A DNA stretch of 64,000 nt from Ginglymostoma cirratum (Eukaryota), in NCBI GenBank assembly GCA_024137785.1, contig JAHRHZ010000288.1:735468-799467 (forward strand). Direction: 5' to 3'. Position 1 is the first letter of the stretch. The number at the start of each line of letters is the position of its first letter. Positions 48,667 to 61,690 of this stretch are shown piece by piece. A model generated the notes under the pieces. The model saw only the letters and a program-made list of their open reading frames with translations. It had not been told where the DNA came from and did no database searches. Position numbers and translations under genes: made by a program.

Positions 48667-50429
48667 TCAGTTGCTTCCTTTAAATGTTATTTTATTTTCT
48701 TGAGTTTCTGTCCTAATGTGAGCAAGATTAAGAGCTTCAACTCCGTGTCTTTTGCTAGTAATGTTCAATGATAGGAGTATGGGGAAAGGTAGAAAGGGTC
48801 ATAAAATGACCCGCCGGGAAGACTTGGCAGCCCTACTCAATCCCGCAAGTGTGAACATAAAAGAGTGCCCATATATAAGGGTAATTTATCGAAGTTAGCA
48901 ATTGCCACAGAAGGGCTATTGTGTGCAGTGGTAGTGTCCCTGTCTCTGGACTAGAAACCAGGTCCAGAGATGTATCTTAACATGTCTGAACACCGTGATG
49001 AAAAATATCTACAATCGTCACGAAGGTGGATGAATTCAGTAAGATTTATCTCTGAGACACCTTATGGCCTTAATCATTTTTACAATTCATGATCAATGTT
49101 TTCATGTGGACTGGAAGTCCTGGGGGTTTGGACTGGCGCTTCTGACATAGATGTGGAGAGGGAGGGAATGAGTTATTGTTTCAGGGTGGAATCCTTACAT
49201 TGGACACTATGCTGGTCTCCAATCTTGATGTTCTGCATTCTTGCCATTCAACAATATTTTTCTTCCCTTCTTATCTGGGTCTATGGAATTTTCTTTTCCT
49301 GGCCAGTCTTTCAAACTTCCTCTTCTACCTGCCTCAGCATCCCATCCCTTTTAGCTATTCTAATGATCAATGTGTGTCAGAAGTTTGTTGTCCAATTGAT
49401 ATTACTTCTGCTATTTAACCATCTTCTCCTTTTCACTTTGCAATTCATTTTATTGCTTCACTTGCAAGATACTGGATGGTTATTCCTCTCTCTTTTTGGT
49501 TTCTCTCTTTTTAAATGCTGTTTATCTATCATGGTCTCAAGCTGTGAAGAAAAGCCCGTAACTTTAGGCCTACGCCCAGCCCGTAAATAATGTTTGATCT
49601 ATTGTGTGTCTTCTGCATTTTTTCAAGGAAAGACATTCTTTTTTCTAATCAATTTTCTAACTTTAATTTGCACATGAGCTAATTTTCTTTTGCGGTCTGC
49701 ATGATTCAGTGTCAACTAATAATAAAAGCTGTAAGCTTAACTTGCAAAGTGGGAACTTATGGCTGGATGTAGAAATACACACAAGGCTTCGTTATGTGGC
49801 TTTGACACGCATGACATGCTACTGGTTATCAATTTTATGAAGCAATTAATTAGTTTCAAATCATTATCTCCAAAGTCCAATACTTTCACTGTGGATTGTA
49901 GCTGCTGAGTGAAATGATTTTTCTTTGATTAGTCCTAGGCTATGGTCTTGTAGCTTTGGAACGTAATGACCAAGAACAGATTTTTGCATGTAATGAGCAA
50001 AAAAACTTCTTTTACAGGAACCATTGATCTGAATTAAAAGCAAGATCTAAAGCTGTTGTTTCATTACAGAATCCAGGTGAAAAGTCCAAAAAGTGACATT
50101 ATGAGGACTTGTTGTACAGACTACACTTGCAATTTAATGGAAGGATGAAGAAGTGATTTAATGAATGTGTTCAATTAATAAAACAGATAATCATCTTCTT
50201 CAATATGATGAATAGAGCTGAGAGAGAAGTTGCTAAAAAAAAACTGTTCCTTTGATGAGGAGAGCTCAAGGGCAGAATTTTTATTCCAAGTTGGTGACAA
50301 GAAAGGAGGAGTGTGGCATCTAATTTCACACCAACAGCTGGCATGCCAACTTGCCAATGCCATCCCACCCCTGGGCCATTTTCCTGGAGGCAGGATTAGA
50401 GATGAAAGGGTTACTAACAGTTATCACTA

Positions 50430-50745
50430 AATAAAAATCAAAAGAACTGCGGATGCTATAAATCCAAAACAAAAATACAAATTGCTGGAGATAGTAAGAA
50501 CTGCTGATGCTGGAGTCAGAGATAACACAGTGTGGAGTTGGAGGAGCACAGCAGGCCAGGCAGCATGAGAGGAACAGGAAAGTTGACGTTTCGGGTCGGG
50601 ACCCTTCTTCAGAAAAAGAAGGGTCCCGACTGGAAACGTCAACTTTCATGCTCCTCTAAAAATTGCTGGAAAAGCTCAGCAGGCCTGGCAGCATCTGTGG
50701 AGAGAAATCAGAGTTAACATTTCAGGTGACCCATCCTCAGAACTG
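50430..50745. mobile_element. Penelope-derived arm with a nested Penelope fold-back fragment (50490-50659)
   Basis: TSD aaattgctgga at 50479-50489 and 50660-50670; internal inverted gggtcccgac...gaaacgtcaac. Confidence 0.85.
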
Positions 50746-50907
50746 GAGGAGCACTGTTTAAAAAGAGAAGGAGAGAAAACATAGAGAATTGCTAGTTAGT
50801 CGTGGGGAAAATGTTAGAGTCCATTATAAAAGACATGAAAACAAACCATTTGGAAACCATTAAGGAGATTGGATAAACCAGCATGGGTTTATAAATGACA
50901 ATTTATA

Positions 50908-52100
50908 GGGGGAGATATTATCACTAGACTCTTAAACCAGAAACTCTGCCAAATTTCTGGGGACCTGGGTTTGAATCCCACCACGATAGTTTGAACACAA
51001 AAAAAAATGTATAACTAAGAATCAGCTAATGACTGCAAAGCCATCACTGACTGTTGGGAAAAACCCATCTGACACACTGATGCCTGTCCAGACATTCTCA
51101 CCTGGTTTGGCCTACATGTGATTCCAGATCTATAGCAGCGTAGTTGACTCTCAACTGCCCTCTGAAGTGTCTTACCAAGCTACTCAATTGTTTCAATTGC
51201 TACAACGTCTCAACAAAGAAATAAAACTGGATGGATCACCTGGTATTGACCTAGGCACCGGAAAAGACAACAGCAGAAACAGCCGTCGACCCTGCAAAGT
51301 CATCCTTATTAACAGCTGGTGGTTTGTGCCAAAATGGAATAGCTGTCCCACAGATCAGTCAAGCAAAAGCTTGACATATTCATACAATTGGAATCATACC
51401 CCAGAAACAAAAAACACTATCGCCAGACATATCCTGTCCCACAGGCAGCACAGTGGTATACAGTTGGGAGGAAGTTTTCCTGGGAGACTTCAACATTGAC
51501 TCTGACCCCATGAAATCTCATGGCTCCAGGTTAAACATTGACAAGGAAACTTCCTGCAGATAATCATGTACTGTTTTCCCTCGGCTGATGAATAAGTATT
51601 CTTCCATGTTGAACAACATTTGGAGAAAGCATTGAGAAAAGAAAGGACGCAAAATGTACTCTGGGTAGGGGAATTGAATGTCCACCACCACCAATTGGGC
51701 CAATAGCAGCACTATTGATTGAGATGTTTGGACCCTAAAGGACATATCTGATAAACTAGGTCTGCAACATTTGGTGGTGAGGGAACTAACAAAGGGGAAA
51801 AACATACTTGACCTCATCTTTATCAATCTGCCAACTGCAGATGCATCTGTCCATGACAGTGTCAGTAAGAGTGACCATCGCACAATCCTTGAAGTCGCAC
51901 CTACACATTGACAATGCCCTCCATCGCGTTGTATGGCACTACCAATGTGCTAAATAGGACAAAACTTCAAACAGATCTAGCAACTCAACTATTGGCAACC
52001 ATGAGGCACTATGGGCCATCAACAGCAGCAGAATTGTACTCTAACACAATCTACCCGCCTATCCCCCTCTCAACCATTTCCATCAGGCCGGGGATCAACC
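50908..52100 (+). mobile_element. 5' part of an L2/CR1-group LINE: tRNA-derived head followed by decayed APE endonuclease
   Basis: B-box GGTTTGAATCC at ~50968; later GELNVHH (GDFN-like), NILDLIFINL and SDHRTIL motifs at ~51670-51890. Confidence 0.8.
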
Positions 52101-52124
52101 CGGTGTCGCTCCTCAAATTTGCTT

Positions 52125-53810
52125 TCTGAATCACTGCAACTCTGGAGGAGGCTGAGGATAGACATGTCAGAGGGGAGGCCAGGGGGCACGTTGAAACAGG
52201 TGGTGACTAGAAGGTTAGGTTGGCTGTTACAGATGCTGTGCGAAACGGTTACCTAGTCTATGCTTGGTCTCACCAACATAGAGAAGACCACATCGGGAGC
52301 ACTGGATGCATTGGACTAGGTTGGAGGAGATACAGGTGAAGGTCTGTCTCACTTGGGAGGATTGTTTAGGGCCCTGGATGGAGGTGCGGGAGGTGGTGTA
52401 TGGGCAAGTGTTGCATTTTTCATGGCTACAGGGTTATGGGGGTGGGGGTTGGAATGGTTGTTGGGGATTGTGGTGCAAACTAAGGAGCAGTGAAGAAATG
52501 GTCCTTGAGGAAGGCAGAGAGCAATGGGGAGTGGAAGATGTTCTGGGTGGTGGGGTCTAATTGGAGTTGGTGGAACTGTTTAAGGATGATACTTTGGATG
52601 CCAAGGCTGGTGAGGTGGAAAGTGACGACAAGGGGGATCCTGTCTTTATGGTGTTTGGAGGGGAGAGCTGTGGAGCAGGGAATGGAGGAGGTGCGGTGGA
52701 GGGCTGTCTGGATGACACAGCAGGGAAAAAAACATTGTTTGACAAAGGAGGACATCCAGGATGCTTGGGAGTGGAACATCTCCTCATCAAAGCAGATGCG
52801 ACGGAGACAGAGGAATTGGGAAAACAGGATGGAGTTTTTCAGGATATAGGGCATGAGGAGGTGTAGTCTAGATAACAATGGGAGTCTGTGGGTTTGTAGT
52901 AAATGTTGGCCTGTAAACTGTTGCCAGAAATGGAAACAGAGAGGTTAAGAAAGGGGAGGGAGATGTCTGAGATAGACCAAGTGAATTTGATGGTAGGGTG
53001 GAAGTTGTTAGTGAAGTCGATGAACTGCTCCACTTCAGCTTGGGTGCAGGATGCAGCACCAATGCAGTTATTGATGTAATGGTGGAAGAGTTAGGAAACA
53101 GTACCAATGTACATACTGGAGACGGACTGTTTGAAATAACCTACAAAGAGGCAGGCATAGCTGGGGCCCATGGCAACCCCCTGGATTTGGAGAAAGTGGG
53201 AGGAATTGAAGAAAAAGTTATTGAGGGTGAGGACTAGTTCAGTGAGGTGGAGGATTGTAATTGTGAGAGGGAACTAGAATGGGTCTGTTGGAGAGGAAAT
53301 AACTGAGGGCCTGTAGGCCGTCTTTGTGGGGTATGGACGTGTATAGGGATTGCACGTTCATAGTAAAGATGAAGCACTGGGGGCCAAGGAACTGGAAGTT
53401 TTCAAAGAGGTGGAGGGCTTGGTTTGTGTCCCACATGTAGGTGGGGAGTGCCTGGAGTAATGGGGAGAGAATGGAGTCGAGGTAGGAAGAGGTGAGTTTG
53501 ATGGGGCAGGGGCACGTGGAGATGTTGGGTTGGCTTGGGTGGTTGTGCTTGTGGATCTTGGAGAGCAGGTAGAACCGGGCAGTGCAGGGCTGGGGGACTA
53601 TAAGGCTGGCGGCAGTGGAGGGAAGGCCACTAGAAGCGATGAGGTCATGGACAGTGTGAGAGACGGCGGTTTGATGGGCCATGGTGGGGTCATGGTCAAG
53701 GGGGTGGTAGGATGTGGTATCAGAGAGTTGGCGTTTAGCTTCTGTGACATAGGGGTCCATCCTCCAGGCTACCAACACCCCTCCTTTGTCAGCGGGTTTG
53801 ACAGACAGTG
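52125..53810 (-). mobile_element. Decayed Penelope-like element with RT and GIY-YIG
   Basis: KPADKGG at ~53780-53800; ORF 53239-53778 (ARFYLLSKIHK, TMNVQSLYTSIP); FHPTIKFT, YYKPTDSH, SQFLCLRRIC. Confidence 0.92.
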
Positions 53811-54815
53811 ACTATTAGGTATCACAAAGGTCAGTGTTTGGGCAGTAACTATTCATAATATATATAAATGACTTGGATGAGGGAACCAATACAACATTTC
53901 AAAGTTTGCTGACAACACAAAAAAGGTGGGATTGTGAGTTGTGTTGAGGATGCAAGGAAAATTCTAGGTGACTTAAAAAATTGACCGTCAAACTCATTGC
54001 AGATACAGCACAATGTGGCTAATTGTGAAGTTATAGACAGAAAGGAAGACTATGACTTCAATGTTGACATATTGGGAAGCACAGATGTGCTTTTGGATCT
54101 GAGTGTTCTTGTACACCAGCCAATGAAGGTAGACAGGCAGGTGCAGCAAGCAATCGGGAAGGCAAATGGTATGTTGGACTTAACTCCAAGACGATTAGAG
54201 TTCAGCTGTAGGGATGCCTTACTACAGTTGTACAGGGCATTGGTGAGACCACACGTGGAGTATTGCATGCAGTTTTGCTCTCCCTACCTAAGAAAAGGTC
54301 TACTGGCCGTAGAGGGAGTGCAGCAGCTGTTCACTAAGCTGATATCAGGGACAGCAAGACAGTCATATGAGGAGAGATTGGTTCGACTGGGTCTGTATTC
54401 ACAGGAGTACGGAATAATGAAAGGGGATCTGATTGAAATGTATAGAATTCTAACAGGGCTGGACAGATTAGATGCAAGGAGGGTGTTTACCCTGGTTGGG
54501 AGGCTAGAATGAGGGAACATAGTCTCAGCATAAGATGTAAACCATTTAGGACTGAAATGAGGAAAGCTTTCTTCACTCAAAGGCTATTGAACTGGTGTAA
54601 TTTTGTACTACAGAGGTCTGCAGAGGTCAAGTTACTGAATAAATTCAAGAAAGAGATAAATAGTATGTTTTTAAAAATTAAAAGCATGAATGGGGAATGC
54701 AGAGAAATCAGGAATATGGCATTGAGATAGAGAATCAGCCTTGATTATGCTGGATGGCTGAACATGCTAAAGGAACCGACTGGTCAACTCCTACTCCTGA
54801 TTTCAGTGTTCCTAT
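53810..54815 (+). mobile_element. CR1 LINE 3' fragment
   Basis: KFADNTK; ORF 53997-54512 (LYRALVRPHVEYC); FFTQR..WCN. Confidence 0.9.
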
Positions 54816-55024
54816 GAGTGCCTCTTGTGAAACATCAGGCTGAACTCAAGACTAAATTAACACTACTGCTATTCTCACACAGTATTGGTAGCAAGCACAG
54901 AACCAGATGCAGAATTGGCGAAGCCATAAATGCATACTAGTTAGATCCTCCTAGGAATGGTCCTCTTATCTTGATGGACAGAGCTTATCCTGTAATGTCA
55001 GTTACCCTTTTCAAGTACATTTTT

Positions 55025-55300
55025 TTATAAGGTTATGAGTGTCGCTGACTGGGCCAGTATTTGTTGCTCATCCATAAGTGCCCTTGTGAAGGTGTTGCTG
55101 AGTTGTCTTCTTGAGATGTTGCAGTCCATTTTTGGTAAGTTGACCCATGATGCTGTTAGGGAGGCAGTTCCAGGATTTTGACCCAGTGACACCAGAAGAA
55201 TGGCAATATATTTCCAAGTCAGGATGGTGAGTGGCTTGGAGGGGAACCCTGCAGGTGGCAGTGTTTCCATGTACCTGCTGCCCCTTTCCTTCAACATGGT
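55025..55300 (-). mobile_element. L2/CR1-group LINE 3' end
   Basis: Reverse complement of the 63270-63590 family (FPSKPLTILTWKYIA). Confidence 0.8.
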
Positions 55301-58300
55301 CTGATGCAATAGCAAGAGAAATTGCCGACTTTTAACTTGCAGTTAAATTGATGGAAATCAAGATTGGGTGATTGTTCTGACTTGCAAATGGCCCATAATT
55401 CCAATTATACATCTTACACTAAGTGAAAAATCTATTCCCATTGAATTCAGATTTTCGACATCTGTACGTTCTGTGAGGATAGAAGAGCAGGGAAGTAAGC
55501 AGCTGAGTGATAATTGCAGACTGGCTCCCAGAATGCAGGTAGCACTAGCAAAGGTACAGTCCATCAATAGTCACCCTGAAGCAATTGTCTATCATAATAA
55601 ACATTTGGCCATTTAAGAATCATCCACTGGAGGCAGATTTTGGCCAGTTTGGATAGGAGTGACATGTTCTCTTTCCTGAAGGACATTGGCTGATTAGCAT
55701 AGTTTTCCCAAGAAAGCACGAACTTTTATGATTTATTTTCCTTTGTTGCCAGTTCATAAATCATCAATATTATTGAATTCAGTCCAATGCACTACTAATA
55801 CGTAATTTTACCTTCATTCAACATAGCGAGGACTTATAAAACACAAATAATGCATTGGATATGAGAAATGGTGATATCAATAAATTAAAGTGAAGGGAGT
55901 GTGTGAAGAAACAAGGAATTGGAGTCAAAAACCAAGGATTTTCCATCAAGGATGGCAGGCATTTTCTTAGATAACAATGCAGCCTTGAGATTGTTCATAT
56001 TTTGCAATACCTCAGCATTTTATCAATTTGGCAAAGAATATTGAGGCTGGCTATAAAAGTGGGGATTATCTACAGATTCATAGGCGCACAGAAGGAGATC
56101 GTTTGGCTCATAATTCCTGGGTTAGCTCTTTGAGAACTATCCAAATGAAGCCCTTGCCTCTAATCTTTTCTCCTCTTCCTGTATTTGTTTTTTTGTTCTC
56201 CCTAATTATCTAATTTATCTATTTCTCTTTTGAATGGCACATTTGATTCTGCTTCTCCAGGATGGTGCATTCCGGGTCACAACTTGCTGTGTAAAAAACA
56301 AAACTTCTTTGCGTTATCCCTGTTTCACAATGTAGATCAATGAGTGTAGGGATAATGATTTATTGGAACTTGCTGTGAGTCATGATACATAGTTAAAAAC
56401 AAGATCTTTTTTCCAGGCCTAATAGATAGATATTAAAAAATGTTAAATGGGTCTTTAATAGGCTGGTGTAACTGCATCATAAATCATCGAAGTGGACAGG
56501 CAAAAGGATCATTAGGTTTGATCTTTACAAAGATCCAGTCTCAATTTACCAGTGAAAAATATTAGTTATAATTATATTTTATATTCCTGTGCTGGAAGGG
56601 AAAAGGTGAGAGCAACATAATTGGTTGTTTACGAACACAGAAATGCATAGGAATAAACTGTTGGTTCAAAAATATTAGGTTTGAGCTCCATAGAATTAAT
56701 AGACAGCTTTGAAATGGCCTTATTTCGGCCCACATGGTCAGACTCAATGGGCAGAATGGCAGTGTTAAAGCTAGAACACTAATTCTGCTATCGTGGGTTT
56801 TAAAATTCCCTGGAGTTTCTCCCATTTCCTATTATAAGATAAATAGATAGCCAACAAAATATCCAGGGGAATTGCAATGACAGAAATGTTAGGGCAAGAT
56901 CAATGGATTGAATGGGCTCCAGTATCAATGTTGCTATTCAACATGAATAAATTTTCCACATATGCTATCTGCAATTTTAATGAGATTTGTAATGGGAGTT
57001 AAAGGCAATCACTTTGGGAATTTCAGAACAGAACATATCAACAGGTGGCTGACATTCAGCCTCTCTATCTTATCTATCATTCAGGTAGATCTGGGTGATC
57101 CAGAGGCCTCAACTCCATTTACTCATCTTGATACCCCTACCTGACAAAATGATCTGCAAATATTCATAGAAACATATGGATAGGAGCAGGAGTAGACCAT
57201 GTAACCTCTCAAGCTTGCTCAATAAGATATTAAATAAGATCATAGCTGATCTGATTGTGGCCTCAACTCTAGAGTCCTGTGAACTCCCAGTAACGTCTAT
57301 CTCTTTTATTAGTCAACCATCTCAGCCATGGATCCAAGAAATGGATCTTCGATGGCCTTCTGGAATATTGGAATCCCTTTGATATCCAATCGAATCCGTT
57401 AGTCATTTTAAATGTCTCAATTAGATGTTAAGGCAGTCTTCTAAACTCAGAAAAATACAAACCAATTTCATGCAACCTGTCATCACAACTTTAGCCTTGA
57501 ATGCCTGGTAGCATTATGGGAAATCTGTACTGCTGGCCCCATTGAAGACTAACAGATCTTTCCTGATGTTCAGTGATCAAAACTGAACATAGAACCCAAA
57601 TAGAGTTGATCAATGGACTGTAGAACTAGATAACATTGTCATTTGTATTTCAGACCTCTTTGAGATAAAGGTCATTCATAAAAGCTTTTGTTTACTCTTT
57701 GAACCTGAGAGCTAATTTTCAATGATTTGAATACGTGCTCATTCATTTCATATGCTTGTCTGTATCTTTGCATCTTTCACCATTAAGTAGCAATGTTATA
57801 TGGTTACAAAGTAATTATAGCACAGATAGAGGCCATTCAGCCAATAGGTCTATGACATATTCATACTCAACCCACAAACTCCTTCCATATCTTTTCATCA
57901 AACCAAATTGACATGTTCTTCTATTCCTTTTTCTCTGAAGTTCTTATTTAAGTTGTCCTTAAATAAATCTGCAGTTTACCTCAACTTCGTTTGGAAGTGA
58001 GTTTCACATTCTCATTATTCTCTCAATATGCACATTTCTGCTGAAATCCCAAATGGATTTTTTATCGTATTGTTTGCAAGCACTGCCGACATATTTGCTG
58101 CCAGCAATCCTTCTTGTTGGTTTCAGTCAAATCTAATGATAACAAATGCAGAAGGTTACCCATGTGAAGTCTTCAGCAAAAATAAGGCTCAATTTTGATA
58201 AACAGCAATGGTCAATTATGCAGGGTTTCATAGCTAATTACAGTAAGATAAATGATTGTCTTTTGTGAAACATCAGGTATAAATTATAAGTAAGTACACA

Positions 58301-58352
58301 TTACTGCTCCTGAAGCATTCTGACGGAAAATTTGTTCAGAGACTTTATATAT

Positions 58353-58680
58353 ATTCATTCATGGGATGTGGGCATCTCTAGCTAAGTCAGTATTTATTGC
58401 ACATCCCTAATTGCTTAGAGGGTAATTAAGAGTCAACTACATTGTTGTGGGACTGGAGTCACATGAAGGTCAGTTCCCTTTCCTAAACAGTATTAATAAA
58501 CCAAGTGCATTTTTCTCCAACAATTGTTTCATGGTCATCTTTCGAGTCTTAATTCTATATCTTTATTGAATTCAAATTCCACCATTTACTGTGGCAGGAT
58601 TTGAACCCAGAACCCCAGGACATTACTCGGGTCTCTGGGTTAATAGTCTAGCAAAGGTAACACTAGGCCACTGCCTCCCC
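58353..58680 (-). mobile_element. tRNA-derived SINE, full length
   Basis: A-box TGGCCTAGTG, B-box GGTTCAAATCC; tail cccacatcccatgaatgaat. Confidence 0.85.
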
Positions 58681-58789
58681 TCAACCACAATCCGTTAGTG
58701 CCTTTCAGGAATAGTCCTTTTATGCCCTGATGTGTGGAGCTTTTCGCATGATGTCAGTACGGTACTCTGAACCCATTAGCCTAAATGGC

Positions 58790-60330
58790 CTCAATGGAAG
58801 GTACCGATCTGGTGAAGTGAAATTGCGGGAATACCCATATGCCCAACAATGGTGGCCGCATGGAATAAACAGCTATAAGTAATTCTACAAGTAATGGATC
58901 AGATCTAAGCTCTTTAGTGCTGCTATATCAAGTTGTAAAAGGTGGTACATAAGGAAACTGCTAACAGGAGGAAACACTTCACAAAAATCTCCATCCTCAA
59001 TGGTGGAAGAGCTCAGCACTTCAGAGCTAGAGACAAGACTGAAACATTTGCAACAGCTTTCAGCCAAAAGTGTATCCTAGATCATTCATTTTGGCCTCCA
59101 TCTGAAGTTGTAAGCGTCATGGATTCCAGACTTCAAACGATTCAATTCATCCCACATGATATCAAAGAACAGCTGCAGCCTTTGGATACTGTAAATGCTA
59201 TTGGGTCTGACAACATTCCTGGAATAACACTGAAGATGTGCACTCCTAAATCAGCTGCATCCCAGCCAAGTTGTTCCAGTACAGGTACAACACTGATATC
59301 TACCCAACAATGTAGAAAATTGCCCAGGTATGTCCTGTCCACAAAAACAGAACAAATCCAACCAGGCCGATTTCTACCCTATCGGTTTATTTTCAATCAT
59401 CAGAAAAGTGACAGAAGGTATCATTGATAGTGCTATTGAGTGGCATTTCCAAAGAAATAACTTGCTCACTGGCGATCAATTTGGGTCTGTCTGTGTCACT
59501 CAACATCTGAACTCTATAGCCTTCGTCCAAAAATGGACAGATGAGCTGAATTCCAGATAGGAGGTGAAAGTGATTCCACTTGATTTCAAGGCAACATTTG
59601 ACTGAGTGTAGCGTCGAAGGGCCCAAGCAAAACTGGAGGCAATTTGAATCAGGGGAAATCTCTGCTGGTTGGAGTTATATTTGACACAGATGTTGATGGT
59701 AGTGATTCTTGGAATTCAATCTTCTGAGTCCATAGATGTGGAGCAGCCCTATAATTATTGTGGCTACAAAACAGACCAGGAATTCAACAATCTACTATCT
59801 CCCAAGTGGCTGACAACAATCTACAAGGCACAAGTCAGGAATGCGATGGATATCCTTCACTTGCCTGGATGGGTACAACTCCACCAACACTCAAGTAGCT
59901 TGACACCATCCAAGAAAAATCAGACTGCTTGATTGGCACCACATCCACCATCTTCAATCATCACAACCTCCACCACCAATGCACGGAGGCAGCAGTATGT
60001 ACCATCTTCAAATGCACTGCAGTTACTCAACTAGCCTCCTTCGATAGCTCCATTCAAATTCATGACCTCTGCCATCAAGAAAGGTAAGGTCAGCAGATGC
60101 ATAGAGATACCGCTATTTGCAAGTTACCCTCCAAGCTATACCCCATCCTGAACTGGAACCATATCACTATTTCTTAACTGCCACTGGCTTAAAATTCCCT
60201 TCCTAACAGCACTGAAGAACTTCAGTTATTGAAGAAGGCAATTCACCACCACATTCTCCTGGGAAATTAGGGGTAGACAATGAATACTGACTTAGCTGGT
60301 GGTGTCCACATCATGTGGATGACAAAAAAA
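58790..60330 (+). mobile_element. L2/CR1-group LINE, decayed RT and 3' end
   Basis: AIGSDNIP..LK, FYPIGLFSII, LLTGDQFG, LDFKATFD, TIYKAQVR. Confidence 0.85.
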
Positions 60331-60611
60331 CCCTCTGTATTATGATGTTACCCTCAACTTTTAACTTTTACTTCCAATTCCTATGTCAAAATTGCTCACA
60401 CATCTAGTAATTTGTTTGGCTTCATCATCTCCACATTGAATTTCATCTTCCACAATAGTGCTCACTCAATCAATCTGTCTGTCTCCATTTTTAATTTCGA
60501 ACTCACAACTGCACAATTTACTTTGTTTTTCAACTTAGTGTCACCTTCAAAATTAGACAAACATTAAATCCACGCAAGTTATTCATATATCAGTGATTAG
60601 GTTTAGGATTA

Positions 60612-60942
60612 GAGACACAGTGGTATAGTGGAAATGTCACTGGGCTAGTAATCCATGAATTCCAGGCTAACATCTTTAGGATGTGGGCACAAATTCCAAC
60701 TTGCTAGATGGCAAAATTTAAATTTAATTAAAGTGAGTCCGATCGTGACCATGCAACTACAGTAAAGTTTTGTGAAAAATAATACCTAGTAAAGAAGGAA
60801 ATCTTCAATCCTTAACTGGTCTGACCTATACGTGACTCTAGAATCACAATGCGGTTGACTCTTAACTAACCTCTGGGCAGTTAGGGATGGGAAATATATA
60901 TTCACCTAGACATAAACATCCCATGAAGAAAATTTTAAAAAA
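60612..60942 (+). mobile_element. tRNA-derived SINE (degenerate)
   Basis: cagtggtatagtgg head; gttgactcttaac...gggcagttagggatggg tail. Confidence 0.7.
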
Positions 60943-61090
60943 ACCTTAATTCCCATTATAGATCTCTGGGGATCTCAATACATTATATTTCACCAATTAG
61001 AATATTCAGAAACTTGCTGTTATAATTCTTTAACCAATTATAAACTAACATTGCATAATAGTCTTGAAAACCTTATGTCATTGAATCAAG

Positions 61091-61690
61091 GAGTCATACA
61101 GCATAGAAACAGACCTTTTAGTCCAACTAGTCCATACCAACCATGTCTCCAAGCTAAATTAATCCAACTTGTCTGCATTTGCCCCTTATCCTTTCAAGCC
61201 TTTCCTATTCATGTCCTCATCCAAATGTCTTTTAAGTATTGTAACTGTACCTGCATACATCAGTCCTTCTGGAAGCTCATTCCACTCACAAATGACTCTC
61301 TGTTTGAAAGAGTTGCTGCTCATGTCCTTTTTAAAACTTTCTCCTCTCATCTTAAAAAGATTTTAAGTTTTGTATTCCCACCCGAGGGAAAAGACCCTTG
61401 TTATTCACCTTATCTATGTCCATCATGATTTTATAAACCTCTATAAGGCCATCCACCAACCTCCTACACTCTAGTGAAAAAGTCCCAACCTATCTAGCCT
61501 CAAGCCTTCCATTCCAGGCAACATCCTGGTAAATCTTTTCTGAACCCTCTCCAATTTCATAACTGTACATAATACTCCAGGAGAGGCCTCACCAACATCA
61601 TGTACAACCTCAACATGACATCCCAACTCCTATACTCAAAGGTCTGAGCAATGAAGGCAAGCATGCTAAACACTTTCTTAACTACCATAT
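61091..61690 (-). mobile_element. CR1 LINE 3' fragment
   Basis: Collinear with 1008-1615 and 18330-18870. Confidence 0.9.

Noticed and set aside
49096-49590. 164-aa hydrophobic ORF
   Set aside because: T-rich low-complexity sequence with no motif or splice support.
58600-58680. tRNA gene from A/B boxes
   Set aside because: SINE head: box spacing is extended, there is no cloverleaf, and it continues into the SINE body.
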